This document shows positions 11,601-23,713 of a stretch of DNA of 64,000 nucleotides, piece after piece. Under the pieces are notes generated by a model. The model was not told the DNA's origin and ran no database searches. It saw only the letters and a list, made by a program, of their open reading frames with translations. Position 1 is the first letter of the stretch. Each line of letters starts with the position of its first letter. This stretch comes from Klebsormidium nitens (lineage: Eukaryota; Plantae; Klebsormidiophyceae): assembly GCA_000708835.1 (NCBI GenBank), contig DF236962.1, positions 376,712 to 440,711 on the forward strand. Reading direction: 5' to 3'. The position numbers and the translations under genes are program-made.

Positions 11601-14600
11601 AGCCGAGAATAGACCTCTCCTCGCGGGAGCCTGTCCTTGCCCCCGTTCGTTAACCTTTCTCTTTCGTTACTTCAGGTATGGCTGCCGACAACCTCGCGAT
11701 GGCCGCGTACTTTGGAGTGCTCATGAGCTGGCCCACAGGAACAGATGGACAGCAAGACGACGATAAAAACGCAAGAAGGGCACAGTTCGAAAAGTCTGTA
11801 CAATCCGAAAGAGCGTTCGGCGGAGAGTTGTTTGCCGCAGTGAACCAAACAGCTGTGTCGCTGAAAGAAAGACAATTGAACACATCAACGGACCAGAATG
11901 ACGGTGACGTGGCATCTTCTGGACGGGACGGTGAGAACGGGCTCGTAGATGATAGTGGGCGCAGTTTGGGCAGGCTGCAGAGAGCGTATTCACAGCGGGT
12001 TTCGATCAGCGACGAAGCAGAAACACGCAGCCGGGCCGAACCGAGCGGACGGTTTTTGAGAAGCAGCGAAAGCGGAGTCGCTACCGAAGAGGTTCGAAGG
12101 TTTGGGGATGGGGGCTCAGTAAGTGGCACGGAACTAGCGGAGCGAAGCATTTCAGGCCGGAACGCAGGATCTAGCGGAAACGGAGCCGGAAACGGAACAA
12201 CATACGAAACGGGATACGAAACGAGAAGCGAAAGAACGAACGGTGTGGGGTACGAAGAGGGAAAGGCTTATGGACACGGAAACGACGGCGGAAACGGAAA
12301 CGGAAACGGAAATGGAAACGGAGCGGAACGGCTTCGGGAGAACGTCCAGTTGTCTGGGACCGGCGAAATTGGTGGCGAGATGGGCGATAGCGATGAACAG
12401 CACGCGCGCCCAAGTACTGAGGAAGAGCGCGCGCGCCCGAGCGCGGAAAGTGTGTCGTTGTCGTTGGCGGCGGCTGCGGGGTCGTGTTGCCTGGGCCAGG
12501 CGCTAGCGAGCGCCTTGCCACCGGCGTTTGCGGGTGAGAAAACGAAGACTGCTCCAAAGTTCGTGAATCGTTTCTGCGTTTGACTTGAGCATCGTTGTCG
12601 AGGCTGTCCAAGAAGGCCGGAGGTATGCTTTGGATTGCAGGACCCGCTAGTTGGACACGCCAGAGAGCGGAACTTGTGGTTGATCTGCAACTTGAGTGCG
12701 AGTACTAGCTTGAAACCCGGAATGGTAAAAGCTGGCTGGTTGAACTGAGTGAGTTTGGGAGGCTTGGGTTGCGTGTACGAGGTATTGGAGTGTTATAAGG
12801 CAGACTTTTTATGATTGGGCCCAAATAGCAACATGAGAATAATAAGAGCTCATGTGTCATAGTGCGTTACATGGAGCGTCGATGGCCGGACTCAAACGCT
12901 GGGCGTTTATGTCCGACAGGGAATGGTTTAATCAGGACTATAGTCAATTGTCAAAGAGAAAGGCAAGTAGACAAGAGAGGGAGGGCTGTCAACTCCCTCC
13001 TTTGTCAATGCACCACCCTCTCTCTTAACTGATTGCTTTGCTATCACATGTGCATGCTGAATTGCTTTGGGGACAGGACGGCAGAGCGGATAATCTCGTG
13101 CCGTATAAAACGAGAAGATGCATATGCTAGCACAAGATTGGAATGCTTGTATCATGTATCTAGCTTGTGCTACTTTATAGTCTACACCGACATTAGCCAG
13201 GCTCTCGTCACTAATTCCAATGGCAGTTGTACGGCTTTGGAAGGTAACGTCACCCTGTGAAAAGGACTCGCCGTGACATTACTCCTTCCAATCAGCAGGT
13301 TACGTCACCTGACTGTCTGCTTACAACTGGGTGACGTTACCCTTTGAGCTCACATTTGGTACATTTGATTTTCAGGAAGCACACTAGACGTCGGTGTAGC
13401 AATACCAAACCGTCAAGCGTAATGACTTCTATGCGGGGTTTGCACAGTTCAAACCCGGCCACCGACACCTGTCCTCCTTTTCTCCACGAAGGCTAAACTT
13501 TTTGCAGGGCTTTTGGCCCTTCAAACGGCGGCCTCGTTACCGTTGGTTTCAAGACTCGATGCCCGCCTGACAAAGAGCGACTGATGATTCTTGACTCCTG
13601 GTTCCGGAGACGTTACTTGCCTCCTCCATCAACCGCCGGCAGTCCACATGCCTTCGGCCAGTCAGCTTTTGAAGACTGCACGATTTTATCTTTCCGCTTG
13701 ACAGACTACGCTCTTCAATAAGGTACCGCCTCGTATGCAGGTACGGAGCTGGCGCTTATGGCCGTCATCGCGTCGCTTATATCTGTCACTGTGGGTCAAT
13801 TGACGTCAGGGGGAAGGGACTCGGGGCCGCACATTGCGGCGTTTGCGGGCGCGGAGATGATCGGCGGCGCGCTGATGCAGGTCTTCTTTGCCGTGGTACG
13901 TCTTTTTCTTCTTTCGACAATCACAAAGGGGTAAACTTGGGACGCAAGATTGTTCGGTAAAGGTTCCAGACAAGGATCCACTTTGGAGAAATACCTGATC
14001 TGTACGTAGTCAAAATCCGAGCACAGGTCGCTGCATTACAACCCAGAAGTTACCGATTGAACACTCAGAATGGGACTCTTCTCACGTTGTTCTTTTCAGG
14101 TAAAAACAGCAGGCAATTGTCGCATATGTGAAGTAATAAGCCGCTCTGATGACAACGACCCCGGATCGTTGTTGGTTATTTGCCCTTCTACCAAGGAGAT
14201 GGGGTTCATCCCAGGATCAATGCCCTTCAACCAGTTGTGGTTAAGAGCAAAAGCTTTCTATGCACTGTGAGGGCGCTACCGCTACAAAAGAGATGAGTTT
14301 CTGAAAGAATGTGATCTGGAAGTACATTATCGCCCTCGGCACCATCCTCTCAAGAACTTTTGGCTCTACATTTGCCTCAACCATAACGCAGGTTGGAGCA
14401 ACGGCAAGCCTTCAGGAGGCCATCAACGGCGGCTGGCCGCTGCTCATCTTCATCCTCGTGCTGCTGGCCGTCCACGTGGCATTCATCGCCGTCCTCGGCT
14501 CTAAGGTCTTCAAGTTGCCGATCCGTTCCGTGTTGATTGCGTCGAACGCAAACGTGGGCGGTCCGGCGACCGCGGCCGCCATGGCGTCGGCCAAAGGGTG

Positions 14601-15505
14601 GCCAGACCTGGTGAGAATCGGCACACCCGCTTGTGGACAATCGAAAACTCACTTTCTGCTCGTTGTACTCGTGGCTTGGGTTACCTTTCATTGCGCGGTA
14701 ATACCGTCGCGGCCAAAAGGTGGTCGAATTGGTGAGGTTGAAGAACAGGAATGAGGATGCTGATGTAGCGCAATAGTCAGTTGCCCTCACCTGCATTCTC
14801 AATTTTGAATCTGCTTCTGATCGCATATGGACGAGGATGGTCAAAGGCGGGCAATGACGCAATCAGTTTCCGGACGGATAGCCGAGAGGGTGGGAAACTC
14901 GGCTTCGTTCGTTGTTGACATTATTAACTGGCAACTTTGGCCAGCCGGTCAACTAAAAGCTTCTTTTAGTTCAGGAGAACAGAAGAAACATAGCCCGAAT
15001 TGTCGGAGCCTGTCGTTTACCAACTGACTCAGGCACTGTCCGGCGAGAAGTATTTCCGAAGGTCACGCATAGATTCGTCTGCACTCTCAACGAATCTGAC
15101 CATTTACGTCTGATTCTGACTTCTAATTCCAAGTACTGGCGTGACTTTCGGCTGTTGGAAGTTGCCTCGATACGGTCACGTCTGACCGGAACTCCTCGTC
15201 TAGCATCCGTGAGTAAGGTATCGGCGAGCCAAAGTCCACAGTCTCGCAGCAGTATGTGGACGGTGTAACCCATCCAAGCTTAGTACATTTCAATCGCAAT
15301 CGGACTGTCGCAAAGTGTTTGACCATGGCGCCACCCAAGACACAGGGGTGGTCAGTCTTCGGTCTGACCATTCCGGTCTGCTGTCTGACCATTCCGGTCT
15401 GCTGGTCGCTTCCAGGTGCGAGGAGCTTTGCTGACCGGAACGCTCGGCTACACCGTTGGCACTGCTATCGGCTGCCTGGTCGGGACTCTCCTCCGGGTCA
15501 TGTGA
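8684..15505 (+). CDS. DUF819 family multi-pass membrane protein with probable plastid transit peptide
   Basis: Phase-compatible GT-AG exons 8684-9136, 9613-9803, 10426-10637, 11676-12533, 13741-13895, 14392-14610, 15416-15505. Family-like motifs SYVGGSINY, AADNL, ASNANVGGPATAAAMASAKGWPDL, GTLGY. Ser/Arg-rich N-terminus. Confidence 0.88.
10142..10200. repeat. Perfect 19-bp inverted repeat (9-nt loop) preceded by a 15-nt direct repeat, DUF819 intron 2
   Basis: gtgtaagctcctgtggtgt (10154-10172) is the reverse complement of acaccacaggagcttacac (10182-10200); taagctcctgtggtg occurs twice in tandem. Confidence 0.9.
10579..11291 (+). repeat. Degenerate tandem array (~156-168 nt unit, 5 copies) of the DUF819 exon-3 3' end plus donor site
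   Basis: Core gcaggcgctgggagtcgcttc.gg.gcctctttagcagctg|gtaag recurs with donor positions 10638 (real), 10806, ~10969, 11133, ~11289. Confidence 0.85.
12170..12330 (+). repeat. GGAAAC-type coding microsatellite (Gly-Asn repeats) in DUF819 exon 4
   Basis: Repeated ggaaac units encoding GNGAGNG...GGNGNGNGNGNG. Confidence 0.85.
13243..13341. repeat. 13-bp perfect inverted repeat with two internal degenerate copies, DUF819 intron 4
   Basis: ggtaacgtcaccc (13243-13255) and gggtgacgttacc (13329-13341); internal gtgacattac and gttacgtcacc in alternating orientation. Confidence 0.75.
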
Positions 15506-16408
15506 TAGTGAAGGCCTTCACGGGTCAGCCCAGAAGGGAGCACTCAGGGAACCCCCGGCAAATGTTCCCAGAGCTTTACTTAGTTTATCAATAATGCGTA
15601 CGAGATCTGATTTATAGCACTTCCTATATGGCCCTCTATCTATAGGACAATTACTTTTTGCACGCTTTGTTATCGCAGACTTACGCGATAGGTTGAATTG
15701 GAAACGTATTGATGTGGGTTGACGTTGCTTTCGTGCGCGCCGGCTGCTGTGTGCTCAATGCAAGGAGGTCGAAGGCAGCTCTCATCAGAGGGTCGCAGCT
15801 TTGGTCGCGTATATGAAGCCTACTGAGGCCCTTGATGTGTGCTTGAAGCCCGAGTTAGCGTGCGATCTATGTCTTCTTGCAGCATACGAAAAGCTCGTCA
15901 AGAATGACTCGGTGGCAACTTAAGTCCAAGAAATCAAGCATGCTGATGATGTTTAGGCGTCTTGGGTGCTTATGGTGCTAGGACCATGCGTTGGGTAGCA
16001 AGCGACCATTATGCACGCATTTCATGTTTTGAAACTTGTCAGGACAGGATATCTCACGGCCTCCACTCAAATTTGATCAATCAGAATTTAGCGGGATTGC
16101 TTGATCTCATGGAGCTCCTCCGCATGGGGCCAGCGTCGTTCAAGGGCTCCCTGTTCAAGGCCGATTCATCTGAAAAGACGTACGTCCAATTGAATGGAGA
16201 AATGTTTTTTCTAGGCCCCATTGCGGCTATAATTGAATAAAGTGAAATACATACGAATCTTCAAATCCTGACAATGGTCATGCCGGCTCCGGCCCCATCA
16301 TCATGCCATGCACATTGCACCATCTTGGGACAAGCTAGCCATATGTTGGCATGCTATGCAGACTGAACTGCGGGCGAGACTGTCACTCAACACTGCGAGT
16401 CGTGACAG

Positions 16409-16618
16409 TGGGCCATGCACCTTGGTCAGTAGCCGCCTGGCTCTGACTTAATTGTAGCCTGTGAGCCCCCGGCGCCGGTCTGGCTGCGCGTGCCGCGGCG
16501 ATTACTACGCCGCGGACTTCGCGCGGCCGCGCCGCCAAGGTGACGTTATTGCGGCAGGCGTTGGCCTGAATCACGCGCGCACGCTCGCGTTAAACTTGTT
16601 ATATGGAGCAAACCCTAA
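16409..16618 (+). promoter_or_regulatory. Putative promoter: site II motif (TGGGCC) and telo-box (AAACCCTAA) around a CGCG-rich island
   Basis: TGGGCC at 16409, AAACCCTAA at 16610, ~400-600 bp upstream of the ATG at 17008; this motif pair is known from land-plant promoters. Short motifs, so chance occurrence is possible. Confidence 0.4.
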
Positions 16619-17007
16619 TTTCGTCCCTTGGCTCCAGCTTGGCTTGTTAAGGTACTCTGAGCAAAGCTTTCATCTGCTGTGGAATGGTTCTGACGGCCCA
16701 GAAGTTTCCGATTCCCCCAAGTTCATGTGACACAGAGAAGCAATCTGTGCAAGCAATTGGGGGCCAAAATGCTGTTCACACGTTTTGGTTTCTTTGGTTG
16801 GAGGGATCCTTGTGTCAGAGGAAGAGGGCAAGTCCCTACGAAGCGAAGGCAATGATACGAACATAGCGAAGTGATGCTTTGAATGTATATCAGTAGCCTG
16901 CCCAAAGGTCACGCTGAATTCAAGACAGTACTCAATGAAAAGGAAAAACAACCAAGCGGAATGTGGTGTGAGGGTCGTTGTATGGAGCAATAGAGAAGCC
17001 TAACACC

Positions 17008-20000
17008 ATGGTTGAGGAAGCAGAGGGCAAACGGGAGGACCATTCTGAAGACATCTTTGATGGCATTCAGGTGAGAGTTGATGGGCTGGAAGTGCTGGGG
17101 TCGGTTTGAAGTAAAAGGGGCATGGCACGATCCACAGAGGACATGTAACCTTGAGCAGTCAAGGGCTTAGAATGACTTGATGATGTACCCTGACTCCTCG
17201 ACTTCGAGGAGATGTCGTACTTTGTACTGAAAACTTTGTTTCACATCTGTTTCATATCATCAATTGCAGTCGAGTTCAACAGCTGTAGGCTTATGGCTAC
17301 TCTTCATAAGCCTCTGTGCAACTCATGTTGCTCATTGTTGCTAGAAATGTGTAGCTTGCCAAATGTCATGTTAGGCTTACCAGATTTTAAGATGTTCTTA
17401 GAGGTGACAAGGGGCAGCAAAGATGCGAAGCTGTATTCCCAGTCCAGCGTAGTCTGGCAGGGACTTGATGTCAGAAGCGGATGAGCTTCAGCAATTTACC
17501 AGCCCCAGGCATGCTTCCAGTCATGGCCCCATTGCAATCAAGCCCCATGCTGGCCGAGCCATCAATTGTGTGCGTCCTGCTCCTCTAGTTGGTATGTAGA
17601 CTTGCATTTGAAAAGGCTAGTACTGAGAAGTGGGTTAGATCTCAATCAGCAAATGGTTCAACTGCTTTAACGGCCAGATTGGGCCACTAGTTGACATTTT
17701 ACCTATTCATCAAGATGTGAAAGGATTCCTTGCTCACAGAGCCAAGAAGACAGCCAGTCAGCTTTCGAGCCTGACATCTGGTGTGGCCCTATGAGCTGGG
17801 TTCTTTGATCAGGTTTGTCTTACATGTGGTGTCTAGCTCCATCAGACACCTGCAAAGAGGACACACATTCCCAATCAAAACTATGAGCTTTTCTGGACAA
17901 TGAAGATGCAGAATATGCATCCGCTTCTTATCTTCTGTCAGGAGGATGATGGCGCAAGCGATGATGAGACAGACAGCTTCAAAGCAGCCTCGGAACAAGC
18001 ATACAAGCAGCACCTAGAGGAACAAAGCCGGCGACAGGTAAGAAGAGCTCCCAAAAGGGTTCGACTGATAAGTTCAAGGTGGGAATAGTCAAGAGAAAGG
18101 TTACCATTTGGCTTTTCCAAGATTTCCTGGAGAACAAGAAATAAAACAGCACTGGGTGATACTGTTTTCCAGGTTGTGGGGACTTCCATGATTGAAAATG
18201 GCTCTTAAGGATGAGTAGCAGACAGTCGACCATCCTAGCTTAAGCAGAGCTTGATCATGATTGTTGAACTGGCTCGAGAGAACAGGTAAGAGAGTGTTCT
18301 TGCAGGCAGCTCTCGTGAGAAGTACTGAATCCTAGCCCGACCCGATCAGGTTGCGAGGGAGTTGAGATTGCCGGGTGCATGTCAAGTCCCAAAGTGGAGA
18401 TAAAGCTGCCCAAAGTGGTACAGGCACGGATCAGGCTTATTCTCGAGTGATAGGCCCTGTATTCCCTGACTCCGGATCTCTTTCCTGTTTCTTTTTCCAG
18501 AGTCTACGACCTCGAACAGCTCCAACAAGGCCTCAAACCCCGAGCAGTGCAGACAGAAAGCGGAGAGCTGTTGAGCAACAGGACGAACGTTTCAGGGTAA
18601 GTCCCAAACGCTCTTGTCGGGAGGACAACAAGTGAAGGCAAGTCAAGAACGACAGCGAAAGCGTGCTGTCACGAGTAGATTGCCGACAGTAGAGTTATGT
18701 TAGCTGTCTCCAACCGAATCAAAGAGGAAGGGAAGGTGAGACCTCGATGTGAAGTCGATGGGAGCGAACACCTCCTTGAGTGCGGTTCGAAGCTGGATAT
18801 CTTGACTGACCGGTGTGGTTCAAGCAAGGGAGCTGAAGTCGCGCTTGGTAAGCGAGGGACTTCGATTACATTTGGGCTCATTGCAATCCCTGGTCAATCG
18901 TGTTACTGAAATATGGGAAGATTCGGAGAGACGTTGTCAGACAAGGCTGCCGATATTTCGCCTATTGACAATGCTTGATATGCGACCTTTGACGAACTTC
19001 ACCAGAACATACTTCGTACAATGGAGAGTCAATACCCTTCCTCCATCAGCAGCCAACAAGGAAGTTTCTTCCGACGGGAAATGTCCTCCAGACGGGCTGA
19101 GGGACTCTTCAGAAAAGCTGGAAACAAGTCAGGAAGCTCGAGCAAGTTTTTCCAATTCACTGCAGTTCCGTCCTGAGACACCCCGTGTCGATTACGTCCC
19201 CCCCCGGCGGCCAATCACCGGGCCGGAGATCGACCACGCCGCCTGGGGCTTCTGGCTGAGCCCCGGGTGCTCGTACACTCAGCTTATGGGGCCCATAAGC
19301 AACCGGCCGGCGACCGCTTATGCCCCTCGAAAAGTCACGGAGTCTCTGGATTGGCGGGATGTTGTGGGGAGGCAAGACAAGGGACGGCAGCCGTGGCAGG
19401 ACGTGAAGCCGTGCGATGTAAACGGAGCGTCAAAGGTACGACACTTGTTTTGCTCATGTTCTGTCACTAAGGTGTAAGTTCGCTCCTTAACCTTCGCAAT
19501 GAATAACGAAGTCGGTTGCCGATCTGGGCACGGTGCTCGTGAAAGGCTCCGAATCGCCCCTTTTCTTCTGGTCGTGCGACGAAGGTGCAGCAGGGTTTGT
19601 CAACAGCTTAACCGTGTATGAAGCTTGGTAGTCGTGTTTGTCTTTGATCAGCAGGTTTTGCAATGTCCCGGAGAAGATGGTCGCAACTGTTGACAATCTG
19701 TGCAGGATGTCAAGTATTTGTGTAGTCAGCTGATTGTGTTCGATGCGGGACGTCTTTCAGAGTGCTTATACGGTACGTGCTTCATTCTCGGGAGCGTGTG
19801 TTCGGCTGCCGAAGGGCTTTCATGGAGCAGCGCTGGTGTGTGGAATTGGATGAAACAGAAAAAGAGCGCGTTTTATTACATGCCACCGCCAGCCGTGAAT
19901 GCCAAACGCGTCTGCAAAAGCCGGCATAAGTGGGTGTTCGGAGATTGGCGCAAAGAAGGCCGCTGACGTCGGGACACGGAGGCGTCATGACGTCATCACT

Positions 20001-23000
20001 TTCCTCCCTCATTCAGGATGCGAATCATCGGCAGCCGTACGGAGAGGAGCCGCAGTTTGCAGCAGCGGCAACCCCCCGTCAGACGACGTCCCCTTACCTG
20101 TCTGGTCCCAAGTATCTGCGACGGCCTTTCTCCGCGTCCGTTGCGGATAAACGGTACGATCACGCTTCCCTCATCTTAATTTTACGCCCGATGCATTTCA
20201 AGTTGTTTCTTGTCGGAGGCTGGCACTTCTGTTGCGCATCAACCTCACCTTCTCGAAGCGGAACCCTTGGAAAGTCGTGGCTTCGCGGCTCTAGATTCTC
20301 CGCGTTGACTCCAAGTATTTCGTGTTCGGCTAAGGGGAGCTTACATGGGAAGGAGCTGAAAGGATGCTCGAAGAGCTTTGCAAAGTCTAGAACGCATTGG
20401 ATCATTGGACAGCACCGTTGGAAGAGTCGGTTGGATTGCGGGAGCTGGCGTTGCAAAAGATGTTTCTTATTTGACCGAGCAAAAACGTCAGGGCTCGCCC
20501 TTATAGTTATGAACCGGAATCAGATTGCTCATCTGGAAGCACTTTGAGTTAGTCAGCATAACTTTTTACGAATCAGCAGACGAGAGGTCAGAAGGGCAAA
20601 GCCCCTACAGGAAGTTTCGTCAAGACTGACTTTCTTCACGATTCAATTGCAGACGGAAAATGCAGAATAAAGGGTCCCCCTCGGCAGCCGTCCGGGAGAG
20701 CCCACTGCGGCGGCGGAAAGAGTCCGCCGGAATGCGGATAGACAACCCAACCGAACGGAGCGGAGCGGAACGGAACCCCGAGGTCCAGAACCCTACTGAC
20801 CGTGCGGCTCAGCCGCCTGGAGGCGCGGAGCCAAACCGTCTGTCCGGCAATCCGGCATGCGACTCGGACGCTCGAGCGGACTGCAACCCACCAGCGGAAT
20901 CCGCTGCTCCGGACTCCGGTCCTGCGAGCGGATCCCCTCATCGAGCCGCGCGCCACATCCCGTTCATGGCTTCTATCGAAGAGCGGCTGCAGAGTATGAG
21001 CATTGCTGCCTCAAGCCCGGGCGCTCAAACCTCCAAACCTGTTTCTCCGGACACGCAAAGCGCCAGACCTTTGGTTCCGGACGTCCAAACCCCCTCCAGA
21101 CCGGTTGAGTCTCAGTCCCCGGCCGAGTTGACCAATAGTCAGGCGCCACGTGTCGATGGGCCAGCTCATGGAAACGCAAACGAGGGCGTCGAGATGGACG
21201 GTCAAAACCTGGACGTACGGATTCCGCCCACCGCAGATATCGTTCCGCCCACCGCAAATTCCGTCCGTTCCGACAATTCAAGCCCAGACTCGAATCCACG
21301 CCTGGAAACGGAGGCAGAGACCTGCGCTCTCCCGGCCTCCTTTCCGGCGCGGCCTTTCACTGCGGGCGTCGCGCGCCGCGGCTCGAGCGACCTAAACCCT
21401 CCAAACCACTCGCGGCCCGCGACGGCGCCCGTCAAGCCCTGCGTTCCGTCCCTGTCCGAGTCGTTCAGCAGAATGGGTCTCGGGAACGCGGCCCCGGAAA
21501 GCGGCGCCGTCAGCGGCCGGTCGGACCTGTACCGGAATCCGCTGTCGAGCCGGAGTTCTGCCGGAAAGGCGCCCTCGGCGTACACGCGGCGGGTCATGGC
21601 GCCCCCGCAGTTCGTGCAGCTGACGCCGTGGGACGCCAATATCGTCGAGGACGTGCTCGAAAAGGTACGTACCGGGCTGAGTTTCGTTATCCTCTCAGCT
21701 TGCCTTCTCTTATACTCTCAGCTTGACTTGTGTAATCCTCTCAGCTTGATTCTGTCATCCTCTCAGCTTGATGTATTACAAGAAATCAGGCTCCCCTTTA
21801 TCTGTGAAATCTTTCGGAAGGGTCAGATCCTGGAAGGGACTCGACCCTCATTTTCAACCAGAGTATTGCTCTTGTCTTGTCTTCGCGTCCTCAGTCTCTG
21901 TCCGTCTACATGCCATCTATACCCGGTCAAAAACTCAGCGCTCCCACAATCTCATGAAAGACTGGAGTCATACAGCCCGGTACGAGAACAACTTGCTGGC
22001 CTATTCGCCCGGTAACCTTTGCATGCAGGACGACCACGAGAAAGGTCGGTCGGCGTAGTCTGAGCAGGCCTTGCTCTGAGGCACTCCCCTTAGAACACTA
22101 CGAAGCCTGGTCAAGCGGCAGGCGCTTTGATCCTGATCTGGATCCCGCTGTCTTTTGAAGCATCGTAGTTATGCCTGCGCTTAAGAGCAGCAGCCATCAC
22201 CAAGTTTGGCAAAGAAGCGGCTCGTCTCTGGAAGAAAACCCTCACTATCTGACAGCGCAGGCCTCGTTAAATGACAGGTTCGACATTACGGACAACTTCC
22301 TCACAGCTGACGGGAACCCATACGCAAGGGACAGTCCATACCAACTTCCAGTAAACTGTAGATCAGCCTCAAGTACCTTGAATTGACTCTGCCCCCTCTA
22401 CATGATTCTAACTTCTTCTGGGCGAGCAGGGACCGGGGCAAGTGGGGCACGTACCCGAGGAGCGGGGCATCGTCGAGGGGGTAGCCGGGGCGGGTATGCC
22501 GGCACAGTTCCGTTTTGGGGACGGTCGGTTGTGGATGTTGGGCAGCATGTTGTGGGCGACGCCTTGCGGCACGGAACCTGGGCCCAACCGGTGGAAGAAC
22601 CACTAAAAGTTGGCTTCCCCTCCCCGCAGGTGACGGAGGCCAACAAGCTGTCCCGCGCCATAGGCCTATCGGTGCGCTACAACATGTTCCAGAACGGCAA
22701 GAAGGACGTGTGGGTCGAAGTGTACGAAGCGCGTACGCTCGTGAAGCACAAAGGATCGGACACGTCATCGCTCGAGCGGCGAGAGTGGCGCGAGACGATT
22801 GAGGACCCCGCGGAGGCGGCCGCGCAGTCGGCCACGCGAAACCCCGACGCCGGGGACCCCGGTGAGCGCCCGCGCGCGCGCGCCTCTCCGCCCCTCCGTA
22901 ACCGTATTTTCATGTCATGATTGAAGTTTCTAAACCCTGAAGTTTCTAAACTCCCAGTTGTGTTTCCTTGCTTCGCCGCGCGCCTCTTTTGAAGCTTTGT

Positions 23001-23713
23001 CTTTCCCAGCTTTCCAACAGATCCTCTTCTCTTCCTGAGTTTCCTTCAAAGGATGCAATAACACCTGTTCGCAGACACAAGCTGGCCCATGCGCTTTTCA
23101 TGCACAAAGATCTTCTCTTATCTGACACCTACCACCGAATGAAGCATGAGACCTCCAGTCAAGAAAGGGTAAAGTGATTGAACCCGCTGACTAGTCACTT
23201 AACCACCGTATTCTTACGACAGCGGACGAGTTCCGCGGCTCGAAACTGCGCGACGTTTCTGTGGACGTATTCCTCCGGACGCACCGGCGGCTGCAGAAGG
23301 CTGCGACGGACGCCCGGTTCCGGGGGTTCCTCTCCCTGGCGGAACCGGAACCGGAAGGCAAGCCGTGGGAGCGGCACGAGAAGGACGGGGAAGGGAAGAA
23401 AGAGCTCTGGGAAGAGCTTGGGGTCAACGAAGGCTTTGCGAAAATCTTGACAAAAGCGCGCGAGCAAGTGATCCAGAATAAGCACAGCATAGCGAGTTCT
23501 GGACGGGACACCGCGGTTCGCGGGCGGCTGATTGGGTCTACGGCGGGGCTTATAGAGATCACAAATCCATTACTGAAGGGCCCGCGCGCGCTTTACGATC
23601 AGTCTAAGACGAGCACGAATGTTGCAAAAGCCATGGGCACGTTCTCAGCGTTTGGGCTCGCAATGGCACAGCGCGACGACATGGGGCGAACAACAGCGGC
23701 AACGAACAAGTAA
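17008..23713 (+). CDS. Uncharacterised protein, Pro/Ser/Arg-rich disordered with a folded C-terminal region
   Basis: Exons 17008-17070, 17942-18037, 18501-18596, 19166-19435, 20017-20153, 20653-21664, 22630-22861, 23223-23713 all have GT/AG ends and chain in compatible phases (0,0,0,0,2,0,1) to a stop at 23713. The first three exons are less certain. Confidence 0.65.
21688..21771 (+). repeat. Intronic minisatellite, 4 x ctctcagcttg core (~23-nt unit)
   Basis: Cores at about 21692, 21715, 21738 and 21760, just downstream of the donor at 21665. Confidence 0.85.

Noticed and set aside
15361-15405. 20-nt tandem duplication before the last DUF819 acceptor; 9-nt repeats at 28117-28155; 11-nt repeats at 35197-35235; 17-nt repeat at 22922-22951
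   Set aside because: Ordinary short slippage repeats with no further structure.
16870-16925. Possible C/D-box snoRNA (GTGATGC...CTGA)
   Set aside because: Imperfect C box, too short, and no recognisable rRNA antisense element.
19706-19966. Possible extra exon (acceptor 19705, donor 19773)
   Set aside because: Ends in phase 1, incompatible with the phase-0 exon at 20017; read through, it terminates at 19966.
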